From Asterionella formosa (taxonomy: Eukaryota), in NCBI GenBank assembly GCA_002256025.1, contig NKIB01013115.1, positions 1-63,907 on the forward strand: 63,907 nucleotides of DNA, given 5' to 3'. Of the stretch, positions 11,938 to 23,537 are shown piece after piece. The position numbers and the translations under genes are program-made. Position 1 is the first letter of the stretch; the number at the start of each line of letters is the position of its first letter. The notes under the pieces were generated by a model, which was given only the letters and a program-made list of their open reading frames with translations, did not search any database and was not told the DNA's origin.

Positions 11938-12895
11938 CTAGAATACTCGGTAGCTGCTAGTAGCTATGATACAAACCACTATTTATTAGCGGACGCATGC
12001 CGCCACAATATTTCCATATGATAAGTGCATGCATTATTTTCACGTGCAACATTTTGCAGATTTCATCAAAAGAGGTGGAATGGAATATAAAATGAAATGA
12101 ATCATTCATGCCCCCCCCCGCCGCTCCATGAGAGTGACGACTGCCATGGAATTGAAGAAAATTGCAACATGCGTGCATGTCGTTGATGTGGATTTTCAAA
12201 AGGCGTCGAGCAAAGGTGAGCGAACAGGAAACACGTGTGTTGCAGCCCATTCTCAAGATTCACGAAAGGAATCTTCGCTTTGAATTGCTCCAAAATTTCA
12301 AGGTCGCCAGCAGAAGAATCTGCATCTACGAGCCTTAATACAATTTTTGATGAAGGTGATACCCGCCAAAAAAAGCAATCCTAGGCCGAGCAATCTCTGC
12401 TCGCTCGCACAGTCGATACCCAATTTAATTTTGTAATTCGAGACCGGAACGAATCAATCCTTCCATCGATACACTTCTCTCTCACAATTCCGAGTCTCGA
12501 AGAAATTCAACCGACTCTCGAACTGCAAATGTAAGAAGAAAACAAAGGCTCTCTCTCCTTTCACAATGGCGCTGCGAGACAACGGAAAGAGAAGAAGTAC
12601 AGGTCCTCCTCGTCAATTGCAAATGATTCTTGAATGACACGGTCGGGCGTCGTTTCCTTTGCACTCCCCCTAATTCTCGGGGTTCCGTACCATGCGAGTA
12701 GATTCACATTATACTCCTTACGATTAGTAATTGGACAGGAAGATTCGTGTCGCTCGGTACTCGTTTCATCCACAGTACAAGCTGAAACATGACAGCACTT
12801 GCAACGCCCAATACTCACAATTTTGTTTCTTTTTTGCGCTCTCCCTTTACTAAATACGCTTCATAATATATATAACAGCCACATTTCTGTAAACA
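11938..12895. repeat. Segmental duplication: gene B upstream/promoter region, matching gene C upstream region 33348-34444
   Basis: Collinear from ctagaatactc...ttagcggacgcatgcc to the identical ...ccacatttctgtaaacaATG. Confidence 0.9.
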
Positions 12896-14551
12896 ATGAA
12901 GATTTCCAATTCTGCCTTCGTTGCGTCCGCATTGTTGACATTATGCTTGGTCACCTCTGAACGCGCACAAGTGCGAGGAAGTCGTCGCGCCTTGAGTGGC
13001 TATGCCACCGACTCTGGTACCAACAACGGCGGTAATGGTGTGTATCAGGATGGCTATGGCTCCGAGGAAGGTTCCCATGAATCTGGTGGCTCCAATGAGG
13101 GCTCCTATGAATCTGGTGGCTCTGATGTGGGTGGCTCCAAGGAGGGTGACCACAGTGGATCGTCTGGAAAGGGCAAGGGATCCAAGCAAGGCGACAACAG
13201 CATGGGTGACGACTACAGTGCGGAATCGAGTGGAAAGGGCAAGGGAGGAAAGGGAATGGGATCCAAGCAAGGCGACGACAGCGTGGGTGACGATTACAGT
13301 GCAGAATCAAGTGGAAAGGGCAAGGGAGGCAAGGGATCCAAGCAAGGCGACGACAGCATGGGAGACGACTACAGTGTCGGATCCAAGGAAGGAGACGATA
13401 GCATGGGCGACGACTACAGTGCAGAATCGAGTGGAAAGGGCAAGGGAGGAAAAGGAAATGGAGGAAAGGGTAAGGGAGGAAAGGGATCCAAGGGAGGCGA
13501 TGACGACGCAATGGGATCCAAACAAGGTGATGATAACTACCCCACTTACCCCAAGCCAGTTGCGAAACCTGTTGATTCACCTGTGATGGCTCCTGTAGGA
13601 AAGGGCAAGGGAGGAAAGGGTAAGGGAGGAAAGGGATCCAAGGGAGGCGATGACGACGCAATGGGATCCAAACAAGGTGATGATAATTACCCTACATACC
13701 CCAAGCCAGTTGCGAAACCTGTTGATTCACCTGTGATGGCTCCTGTCGAAGGTGACGGTTGTGACGAGAGTTCCGGAAAGGGCAAGGGAGGAAAGGGCAA
13801 GGGTGGAAAGGGCAAGGGATCGAAAGGAGAGGTAGACTGTCCTGACGAGCCAGCTGGCTCGCCTACCGCCCCTTACCCTTACCACAAACCTGTTCCTTCA
13901 CCCGTGATGTCGCCTGTCGAAGCTGAGTCCAAAAAAGGCTCAAAAGGTGCCAAGGGATCATCGAAGGAGGGAGAAGATTGCGAAGAGGGTTCTAAGGAAG
14001 GAAAGGGCAAGGGAGGAAAGGGCAAGGGAGGAAAGGGCAAGGGAGGAAAGGGCAAGGGAGGAAAGGGCAAGGGAGGAAAGGGCAAGGGTGGTTCTAAGGG
14101 AGATTCCAAAGGCGGCTCCAAGGGAGAAGGATGCCCAGAACCAGTATCACCGGTTGCACCTCCAATGAAGTACCCTGTGGCACCTCCAATGAAGTACCCT
14201 GTGGCACCTCCAATGAAGTACCCTGTGGCACCTCCAATGAAGCACCCTGTGGCACCTCCAATGAAGTACCCAGTGACACCTCCAATGAAGTACCCTGTTG
14301 CCGACCCAGTGGAACACCCCGTTGAATATCCTGGCTCCAAGTCTGGATCCAAGTCTGGATCCAAGTCTGGATCCAAGTCTGGCTCCAAGTCTGGCTCCAA
14401 GTCTGGTTCCAAGTCTGGTTCCAAGTCTGGTTCCAAGTCTGGTTCCAAGTCTGGTTCCAAGTCTGGTCCTAATCCTGCACCGAAACCAGTTGCCTACCCA
14501 AGTTACCCGTTGCCTCAGTCCAAGCCTGTTGCGATTCCTTACAGCCAATAA
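12896..14551 (+). CDS. Secreted silaffin/cingulin-like protein (gene B, 551 aa; chimera of C N-terminus and A C-terminus)
   Basis: Signal peptide, VRG..RRAL (RXL), acidic SMGDDYS repeats alternating with [14 protein letters not shown] repeats and (SKSG)n. Ends PVAIPYSQ like gene A. Confidence 0.88.
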   Translation: MKISNSAFVASALLTLCLVTSERAQVRGSRRALSGYATDSGTNNGGNGVYQDGYGSEEGSHESGGSNEGSYESGGSDVGGSKEGDHSGSSGKGKGSKQGDNSMGDDYSAESSGKGKGGKGMGSKQGDDSVGDDYSAESSGKGKGGKGSKQGDDSMGDDYSVGSKEGDDSMGDDYSAESSGKGKGGKGNGGKGKGGKGSKGGDDDAMGSKQGDDNYPTYPKPVAKPVDSPVMAPVGKGKGGKGKGGKGSKGGDDDAMGSKQGDDNYPTYPKPVAKPVDSPVMAPVEGDGCDESSGKGKGGKGKGGKGKGSKGEVDCPDEPAGSPTAPYPYHKPVPSPVMSPVEAESKKGSKGAKGSSKEGEDCEEGSKEGKGKGGKGKGGKGKGGKGKGGKGKGGKGKGGSKGDSKGGSKGEGCPEPVSPVAPPMKYPVAPPMKYPVAPPMKYPVAPPMKHPVAPPMKYPVTPPMKYPVADPVEHPVEYPGSKSGSKSGSKSGSKSGSKSGSKSGSKSGSKSGSKSGSKSGSKSGPNPAPKPVAYPSYPLPQSKPVAIPYSQ

Positions 14552-14576
14552 AAGCTTATGACCTTTTCACTAAAGA

Positions 14577-14689
14577 GTGACGTTGTAGCCCCCTTCACTT
14601 CGAGGTGTTGGATATCCTTTGTTGGGTAAGGCAAAGTACCTTACTGTTGCCAACGAAATCGATATTCAGCTGTATAAGCTTCGGGACAG
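14577..14689 (+). promoter_or_regulatory. Conserved structured 3'-UTR element of gene B
   Basis: Same nested stems as 9688-9800, with G-U to A-U and U-G to C-G changes that keep pairing. Confidence 0.6.
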
Positions 14690-16480
14690 AGATATGGCAT
14701 GCTAGTTTGTGTGTTTGTATCAGATGAAAGTGTTTTGTTGTTTGCCTGAAAAGGATAAGCACTTTTTAAAAGCAAGCCATGTATGTTTGTACTGTATCAA
14801 CTCAGGTGTTTGTTGTTGCCTGAAAAAGGATAAGCACCATTTTATCAACTTGAGCTAAGCTTTATTTAACTCTTAGTTTAGCTGCCCTTGTTTCAGCACA
14901 GCTAGGAACAGGCTTGGAATTTCTTAGGGTGTATAGCAGAAGATTTATCTGCGGGAAACAATGAGATTATAATCTTGTTTTTCTCATGTTCACTAAGGTT
15001 TAAGGTACATGAAAGAAAAAGAGTGAGGCACATGCAGGCTACACATTTTATTAACTTGAGCTAAACTAATAATTTCTAGTTTAACTGCCCTTGTTTCAGC
15101 ACAGCTAGGAACAGGCTTGGAATTTCAGATCGAGTATAGCAGTAGATTTATCTGCAGGAAACAGTGAGATTGTAATCTGTTTCTCTCATGTTTCACTCAT
15201 GGTATAAGGTACATGAAGAAAAAACAGTGAAGCATATGCAGGCTACTCATGTGCACATTGCAAATGGCAACAGGAATCATTGGAACCTTTGCCTTGTTAT
15301 AGTGAACAGCCTAACATGCTGAATATAAGACATGACCTAGGGTTGAGAGTGCTCAATTTCATACTTTGGTTGCTTTAAACCATCATCTCGAATTTTCCGA
15401 TGCTTGTTACAATCATTCTTGTGTGATCACTTCTCATGCATATTTGGGGCTTCATCCATTTTTGATGTGGCTGCTTTCTCAAGAAAATTCTGCTCCTGAC
15501 ATCGCTTGATGGTCCCTGCTCAAACCTAAAATTTACTGCCGAAAAGTCCTCTGTGCCCCTTTATTGCCCAAAACCAATTACCTAGACACCCATAGTTCTC
15601 ATCGAAAAGCAAGATGATAGCTAGGGTGGGGATAGCCGGTATACCCCCTCTAGTCGAAGGGTGTGCTCACCTCACCCTCTACTAATGTGTATAAACTTGG
15701 GGTCGCACTTCAGCATGATTAGAACAAAGTATGAGATCAGTTTTGATTATCGACATGATTGGGCATGCAGTTTGCTAATAAGTTATTCCAAGTCCCATCT
15801 GTCTCTTCAGTTCAGCCAAGGGCTTTTTCAGAATCGGAACTGAAAATTGGCCCACCAAAGCATTTGTCAATGCTTCCTCCCTCTGGTCACTTGAGGGCTT
15901 TTGAGAAGCAACTAAAATACGAAGCTTACGGTATGCTGAATAATGCGTCGGTACAAAATGATTACTACCAAGTTCAAGGGAATATCATAAGAATGGGACA
16001 GTGACTGGAAGATATCAATATATACTGGTATACATCTTTGGACCTTGGCTAATAAAGCAAATCATGACATTCCAATGAATGGAGGTTTATTCCCAGTCCA
16101 GCAACAATGTCTAGTTTAACTGAATATCTAGCAATTCAAAAAGGGGTATGGACTACCAGAATTGGGGTACAGGGTTTTGCTTGATAAGTTGATGATGCTT
16201 CTGATGACGATCAGTTGGCAAGACCAAAACCACGGCAAACCATATCAGAAAACCAAAGCGACAGAAGATTCCTCTCAGAAACGATACCTTGCCATTATGA
16301 AACAACAATCTCGAGTTCTGATTCAATGCGACAGGTCAATACAGTTGCATAATTGAATGTCAACAAGGGTACTTGTAATCCCTAACTTTTCTTTCTGCCA
16401 CTACTTGTTGAAATTGCGTCCCGAAGTCTTATATAACTTTCTCGTATCCCTTAAGGATAAGTAAGGGACCGAAAAGGCTG

Positions 16481-16713
16481 GGAGTTGACTGAAATTCCGA
16501 AGTACGAAAAGTCACGTAAAAAACGGTGTTTTATCTAAAATCGACCTCACATCACGTTTTTCCAAAATACCGCAAAAGAACGCGAAGTTCGCAAAAGTTC
16601 ACAAAAGACCGCAAAAGAACGCAAAAAACGTCGTATATCCTGGCTTCACCGTTCTTTTGCGGTCTTTTGTGAACTTATGCGAACTTTTGCGCTCTTTTCG
16701 TTCGATCTCTGTC
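16481..16713 (+). mobile_element. Left-arm fragment of a GGAG-TIR (Harbinger-like) MITE
   Basis: CTG|GGAGTTGACTGAAATTCCGAAGTACG...; similar to 21247-21430 and, inverted, to 22160-22374. Contains an internal hairpin of gcaaaagaacg/cgttcttttgc repeats. Confidence 0.65.
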
Positions 16714-17437
16714 TTGACTGCAAGTAGGTAGGTACACGTGGCTACAGGTAAGCATTTGACAGGAGAGATTGCTATCACTTGCTCGTCCTGCTGCTATCTA
16801 AATAAATCTTAGTTTTGATTGAGAAAAGAGGTTTTGGGTGAAATAAAAATGACCCAAAAAATAGATATGAGGAATCATGAGGCCTGCGTCAGAAATATAT
16901 TTACTTACAGCTAATTTATTATAAAGAACAAAATTACTCACCAGATTTCAGTGCTCATATGATTTAACAGATCGACCTTTTTTTATACAAAATAGCGGTT
17001 CACCACGACCTCGTAGTATACAGGCATATGCACATACATGAATGAGGTAAACCTTATTATCATATATTTATTTAGATCGCACATACATTAATTTAGCCTA
17101 GAATACACATGTTGCTAGCAAGTAGTGAAAGAAAAGAACACGTTGCTTTGATATTCATTGCGAAATAGCTAAATAGATAATCAGCGGAAGCAACATGGCG
17201 TTTGACTGCAATGACAATATCTCCATGATTTCTTGCCGGATCAAAACCCGAGTAGTTCGTACATAACCGTTGTACATCAAGTAGACAAATTCTATGATAT
17301 GAGAAGCTGAAAACAACAATTGGTTTATAATTCGTGATTTATCTGTTTACAATAATGAAATTTCTTCGCCAGCGCAAACAAGCGAAAATTTTAACAGCAG
17401 CACTTATTTATCCCTCCCCTACATTTAATTTTCTATT

Positions 17438-18235
17438 CTATAAAATTGTTGTTGTCCTACTCCTCCTCACTTGACAGAGTGTCAAGCAGTTGTTCTTTGA
17501 ACTTCCGTGTATATAACATATCCCTTCCATTGTTAAGCTTGCTTCGTCAACTGTGAAGTAAGTAGCATCTGGAAGGACCCAGCATGAGGAGGATAAATCT
17601 TGTAGGTACACAATGTCATTAGTCATGACATCATGGAATGATGAGGAACTGTCCAAGCTATAGTCGTCACTGTCATCTTCATCACTATCACTTTCACCTT
17701 CGAAGTCCCTGCTGTCAACTTCATCAGTCACTTTCATCGATAAAGATCCCATCGAACTTGTAAATGTCCCTGTTGGTACATGCAAGCTTCGTTTAGTCAG
17801 TTTGTCATGACCAACATTTTCCTGAATGTTCTCATGTCCCTCATATTTTTTCTTCAACCATGCAACAGCTTCAACTCCTTTAAGTATAGTGGATCTTGAG
17901 CCTTTGGAATCTATAAAATCCAGCAGCTTGTTTTCAAAAGACACCAATTCATTTGTTTCAGTATCATGGTCAACTTCTCCATCATCAGAATCACAGTCAA
18001 AATCTCCTTCGTTTTCTGCATTGCTACTAAATCCGTTTTTATGGAAGCCAGTGAAGATGATGAGGTCCACAATAATCTCGCCTTGACATCATGTATGCTG
18101 AGGGTCGATGAGTGACCGTTCAAGTGCGCAAATGCGCTCTTTATCATCGAATTACAGCGCTGTAGAACGCCTGTACAGCGCCTTCCAGTCACTCCTCCGT
18201 ATTGTACTCAATAGGCTCCAACAGGTTTGGTTGAG
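17438..18235 (-). pseudogene. Unclassified repeat-derived coding relic (acidic ORF)
   Basis: 210-aa acidic ORF with no recognised domain. 18037-18235 recurs at ~49912-50113, inside another insertion. Confidence 0.4.
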
Positions 18236-18348
18236 GTACGGACTACCAGGTACCAGGAGTACCGGTACTCCATCTCTAATCATTCGAACCCTCTGCCTGT
18301 AATTACCCTGGGACTGGTACCTGGTACCTGGTACCTGGTACCCTTCTA

Positions 18349-18432
18349 CCAGCAAGTTGTGGTCATTTTAATCTGGGATAAAGATAGCATAGCTAAATCT
18401 TTAGTTAAAGGGAAATTACCGCAACTTGCAGG
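18349..18432. mobile_element. 84-bp pogo/Tc1-mariner MITE with TA target duplication
   Basis: TA|CCAGCAAGTTGTGGTCATTTT...AAATTACCGCAACTTGCAGG|TA: ~21-bp imperfect TIRs. It shares its right TA with the adjacent pogo left end. Confidence 0.8.
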
Positions 18433-18434
18433 TA

Positions 18435-20985
18435 TCTGCAAGTTGCGGTCATTTTGCCGAAAATGGATAGCGGTGCCGGCCAGCACTCATATTCGACTCC
18501 CCGGTAATATTACGTAGAAGATGTATTGAATGAACATGAATGTGACCGTTACCCCACATTCCTATCAGCAGGCACATGTGCCCCTGGCATGATACTGTAT
18601 GTATCAGCTACCCGCTTTGTATCCTTGGCCTATCCTGATCGTCCCAAACACAGCACCATGGCATTTTCAAGAGACTACCAGCAACGTATTGAATTAGCAA
18701 CCAACCATGTAAACAACCAATACAGAGCTGTCAGTTACAGCACAAAAAAGAATAACAAAAGCAGAGTCAAGAAAGGAGAACTTACCAAAATCATCGATGC
18801 TGCCAAAAAGATATTCGACATTCAACCATCAACATCAATAAAAATTGAAACCATCCAAAGTAGACTCAGGAATAAAACTTTAAACCCAGCAACAGGAATT
18901 GTGAAACAAGGAACTCCCTCTCCAATGATTGCAGTCAAGCCCTACATTGTCCAAGTCGTCTCTCAGCTTGCTAAATTGCGTACCCCAATCTCTGTCTCAA
19001 CTGTACTCCTACTAGCAAATTCCATTATCTCGGACACTCCACCATATGACTCCTTACTGGAATGGAAACAGAAACACAATATTCACTTCAGGAACACAAG
19101 GAAAGGTGCACTGGGAGCTGGATACTGGCGAGGCTTCATAAAGAGGAACAAGCACTTTGTAGCTAACAAGCAAAAAGGCTGTCAAGTTCGACAGCAAACG
19201 TGCAGACTGGTGCACTTACCAAAACTTTGAAACAATGTATACTGAGGTATATGAGGAGATGGTGAAAGGAGGAATTGCGAACAAACTAAACTTCAGTGTA
19301 AAGATGAACAAGGAGGGACTGATTGTAGAACACACACATGAGCAATTTGGGTTGGACACGAAATACGATCTGATCAGACAGGACAAGCTGTTGTTTGTGG
19401 ATGAGGTTGGATCAAACACATCACAGAAAAAGGATGGAATCATTGGGGGTCAGAAATTATTGTGTGGCAAAGAGCAACGACCACAACAAAGAAGTGCAAC
19501 AAAGGATACACACTTTACTGTGCTTGGTTTCATGGCAGCAAACACGGCTTACCTGTTATGTGTGCAATTATCTTTGCTGCCAAGGAATTAGAAGAGTCAT
19601 GGGTACTGGGCTTCGATCCTACAGTAGAATGGAAAGGAGCTGAAGACAATATCGAGGCAAACACAGGGAGAAAGAAACGCTATTCAATGGGCCCTTCATG
19701 TGTGTTCAATGGAATTGACATCCCAGCCTTCCGTTGCTGTTCTAAGAATGGATTGATAACTGCAGAGCTCCTTGTTGAGATGCTGAAAGTGATGGACAGA
19801 CTAAACTTGTTTGACCGAACTGACAATTTGCCACCTTTCCTGATTCTGAATGGGCATGGTAGCCAATTCGATCTTCTTTTTCTTCAATAGTATATCAATG
19901 CGACAGCAAAAAATGGAATGTTTGTATCGGGGTTCCCTATGGAACATCATATTGGCAAGTAGGTGACAGTGTACAACAAAATGGCTGCTTCAAAATGGCA
20001 TTAACAAGATTCAAGCAAGAGCTACTAACAAAGAAAGAAGGACGCCAAGCTGAGTTTGCAATTGAGAAAGACGACATTGTTGACCTTGTAGCCCGTGCCT
20101 GGGAAGTATCATTTGCCCGAGTTGACACCAACCTGAATTCAATTGCTGAAAAGAGATGGGGACCATTGAACTACAACACACTTCTTCATGATGAAATACA
20201 ATTGACAGCAGTTTCAGCAATCCAGACGGAATTGAATGCCGCTATCTCGACCATCACACCAGCAGGACTGAATCTAAACAAAGGAATCACCGGCACCCTT
20301 CTTGATAAAGTTATTGAATACAGGAACAGAGAGGATTCAAGGACTGACATATCAATCTTGATCAGATGGCTCACCAACAGAAGGAGTCGGCGCTATTGGC
20401 GATTGCCCAATATAAAAGGTATACAACAGGACTTTATGTGGCAGCTGGACGCTTTAAACTGGGAACAGAAACACTCCACGATATGACTAGGAGGAAAAGA
20501 GGAGTAGAGGAGAAGGAGAGTGAGAAAGCGAATAAGAAACTCATGGATTACACAACAACATTGAACAAGGTGTAAGCGATCAGAGCGCTTAACAAACAGG
20601 CACACGAATGGATGGTGGCGCAAACAAAAACGATGGTGTCTTGGCACAAATGAATTGGCGATGCACCATTACCTGCAACAAAACAATCACTGCTTACCAG
20701 GTATGCTGATACAATGGGACATGGCAATGCACCAGTCCCAGTTGTCGGAGCTATACTGTCACCAGTAGCCTCAGCTGAAGAGGATGACGAGGATGAAATA
20801 GTGGTCACAGAAGAGTGATTTATGTGTTCGCCGAAAAAATTGACATCAGTTTACACAAGAAATTGGAGAAAATATGGAAAACAAGGTAATATTTTCTAAC
20901 CGTTTACCATTAAAAATTATGTATACATAAGGAAAAATATATGAATGGCTTAAGACGACTAAACTGCAAAATGAACGACTTAAAA
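18435..20985 (+). mobile_element. Degenerate pogo-like (DDE_1) DNA transposon
   Basis: Left TIR TA|TCTGCAAGTTGCGGTCATTTTGCC and an internal transposase relic. The right end is uncertain (degenerate gcaaaatgaacgactt near 20966-20981). Confidence 0.75.
18658..20818 (+). pseudogene. pogo-family DDE transposase pseudogene
   Basis: Consecutive frameshifted ORFs with LFVDEVGSNTSQKKDG, HFTVLGF, PVMCAIIF, PFLILNGHGSQFD, GVPYGTSYWQVGDS..QNG, plus an N-terminal CENP-B/HTH-like region. Confidence 0.85.
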
Positions 20986-21044
20986 AGTTCGATATTGTAA
21001 TATATATACTTCCAATTGTTAAAATGATTCATTTATCGAGCACT

Positions 21045-21220
21045 TGCATGCATTAGTCGACCTCTATTCAAAGGGTTTTAATTGGGGTCTGCTCATCATT
21101 TTTCTAATTTTAGTCCAAAAAGGGGTAAAATATGCATGCATTAGTCGACCTCTATTCAAAGGGTTTTAATTGGGGTCTGCTCATCATTTTTCTAATTTTA
21201 GTCCAAAAAGGGGTAAAATA
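21045..21220. repeat. Perfect tandem duplication, 2 x 88 bp
   Basis: tgcatgcattagtcgacc...ggggtaaaata at 21045-21132 and 21133-21220. Confidence 0.95.
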
Positions 21221-21246
21221 TAGTGGTCTTAATCAGTTTTTGACCG

Positions 21247-22128
21247 GGAGTTGACGGAAACTCCGAAGTACGAAAAGTCACGTACAAAAACGGTGTTTTA
21301 TCTAAAATCGACCTCGCATCACGTTTTCCCAAAGGGCCGCAAAAGAACGCGAAGTTCGCAAAAGACCGCAGAAAAATGTCGTATCTCCGGTTTTTCCGTT
21401 CTTTGGCGGTCTTTTCGTTCGATCTCCGTCAGTGTGTTAAATATATGTCATTATCATCCACTGGTCAAATGGATAATGACTGCTTTTTTGAAACCAAGAA
21501 CGATGCATTGAGCATGGTGTGACAACGGGTATCATAAATAATATGTACCAGTAATTTGTATTACCGGTATATTTAATTCCTTGATTCCGTGCTATAAATG
21601 ATCTATGGTTTTCTATCTATGTACACAAAATCGAGAATACTCAGGACTCAGTACATACAAGGTAATAGGGGATACATTCGGTTCTGAACTACCGGTATAT
21701 TTATCAACCGCATACTTACAGGTACGTGAAGTTACATCAAGATGCCGATATGTACTCTGCTCTGATGGTGTCAGGTACCCTGGTACCCACTGGTACTGAT
21801 ACCAAGTTAACTACAGGTAGAGGGTTGAATGATTAGAAACGGAATACCGGTACTCCACCTGGTACCGGGTATTGGTACCGGTACCGGACAACGCTTTAAT
21901 GTGTGATGAGCAATGTTATTGCCCGTGGATGTTTAATGCCTGATCAGAGCTCAAACTCGATTCGATGAAATGGTAGTCGCGCGTACTTTTCAAGAAGTAC
22001 GCGAACTTCGAAGAAGATTGCGCGACTAGAATTTTGCAAGATATTTGAAAAAAAACAGCGAGGTCTGTGTACGATACACATCAGGAATTTTCAACGTAGC
22101 GAGGAAGTACGGAGTTTCCCGTCCATCC
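21247..22128 (+). mobile_element. ~880-bp non-autonomous GGAG-TIR element (Harbinger-like MITE), copy 1
   Basis: Ends GGAGTTGACGGAAACTCCG / CGGAGTTTCCCGTCCATCC. Family ends are flanked by CTG, CCG or CAA (CWG-like 3-bp target). Confidence 0.6.
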
Positions 22129-22976
22129 CAATGGATGATAATGACAAATATTTAACACACTGACGGAGATCGAACGAAAAGACCGCAAAAGAATGCGAAG
22201 TTCGCAAAAGACCGCAAAAGAACGGAAAAACCGGAGATACGACATTTTTCTGCGGTCTTTTGCGAACTTTGCGTTCTTTTGTGGCCCTTTGGGAAAACGT
22301 GATGCGAGGTCGATTTTAGATAAAACACCGTTTTTGTACGTGACTTTTCGTACTTCGGAGTTTCCCTCAACTCCCTGGTCAAATGGATAATGACTACTTT
22401 TTTGAAACCAAGAACGATGCATTGAGCATGGTGTGACAACGAGTATCAAAAATAATATGTACCAGTAATGTGCATTACCGGTATATTTAATTCCTTGAAC
22501 ATGATTCCGTGCTACCAGTACCAGTAATGTGCATTACCGGTATATTTAATTCCTTGAACATGATTCCGTGCTACCGGTATATAGGATCTAAGGTTTTCTA
22601 TCTACACAAAATCGAGCATACTCAGGACTCAGTACATACCATGTGATAGGGGATACATTCGGTTCTGAAACTACCGGTATATTTATCATCCTTATACCGG
22701 TACGTGAAGGTACCTGCTACATCAAGGTGCCGATATGTACCCTACTCTGATGGTATCAGGTACCTCTGGGACTTTTCCCAAACAGGGTTGAAAAAGAGAA
22801 AACTATTCGTAAATTCAACTGCCCATTGGCATCTGCACCACATTTGCACCAGCGATTGCACCACTATTACTTAGAGACATCAAAATTGCACCAACAGACT
22901 ACCCAAATATAAAATCTGTGCTACGGCCTGCACTACCGTAGTGATATTTTCTACATACCAGGTACTCCGTAACAGG

Positions 22977-23152
22977 TGTCAGGGCGGAAGGAGGAACAAG
23001 CATTTGCAAACGGACCGACAGAGGTTGTTTGACAGAGAAACTGGGGATTTAGATTAGGTAACTAGAGATAAGGGGTCTACCTACTGGTAATAACATACTT
23101 ATGTACATTCTGGTACAGACAGTACCAGAGTAACCGGTATGCGGTACCAACA
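22977..23152 (-). repeat. Copia 3' LTR
   Basis: TGTCAGGGCGG...GGTACCAACA on the + strand; about 16 mismatches to the other LTR by manual alignment. Confidence 0.9.
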
Positions 23153-23158
23153 CCCCCC

Positions 23159-23537
23159 TTAAGTAGGAAAATTACCACAGGACGGGACAATAATATTGCG
23201 AAGATGGATGAAGTGAGTATCGTCTTTGTGTTCCTTGGTGAATAAATCGGCAACATTGAGATCGCCAGGGAGGTGAGAAATGATGATTTCCGAGCACCGG
23301 TGGGCATCATGGACCGCCATGTTACAAATGTTAAGGTGCCGCATTTTCTTGTTGGCACAATTGTGGGACCATTCCACTGCCCCTTTATTGTCATTCCAAA
23401 GGGTGGTGGGGAGGTTAACGTCAGGCATGTGGAGGTCAGAGAAAAGGTGGCAGAGGAACTGGGTAACCCTGGTACCTTTGTCAGCAGATTTGATTTCAGA
23501 TTCACAGGTGCTCCGGCTAACACGGGGTTCACGGATG
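23159..23537 (-). pseudogene. Copia RNase H domain fragment
   Basis: VSRSTCESEIKS...DNKGAV...KKMRH...ADLFTK motifs; truncated by the TIR element at 23538. Confidence 0.9.

Noticed and set aside
9058..14548. Antisense and alternate-frame repeat ORFs (EPDL, GTRL, REERA) over the silaffin-like genes
   Set aside because: They are shadows of repetitive coding sequence.
15729..15782. Apparent precise intron loss between the duplicated spacers (GTATGA...CTAATAAG absent at ~10372)
   Set aside because: The shorter copy is explained exactly by a TAT microhomology deletion, whereas splicing would need an extra substitution.
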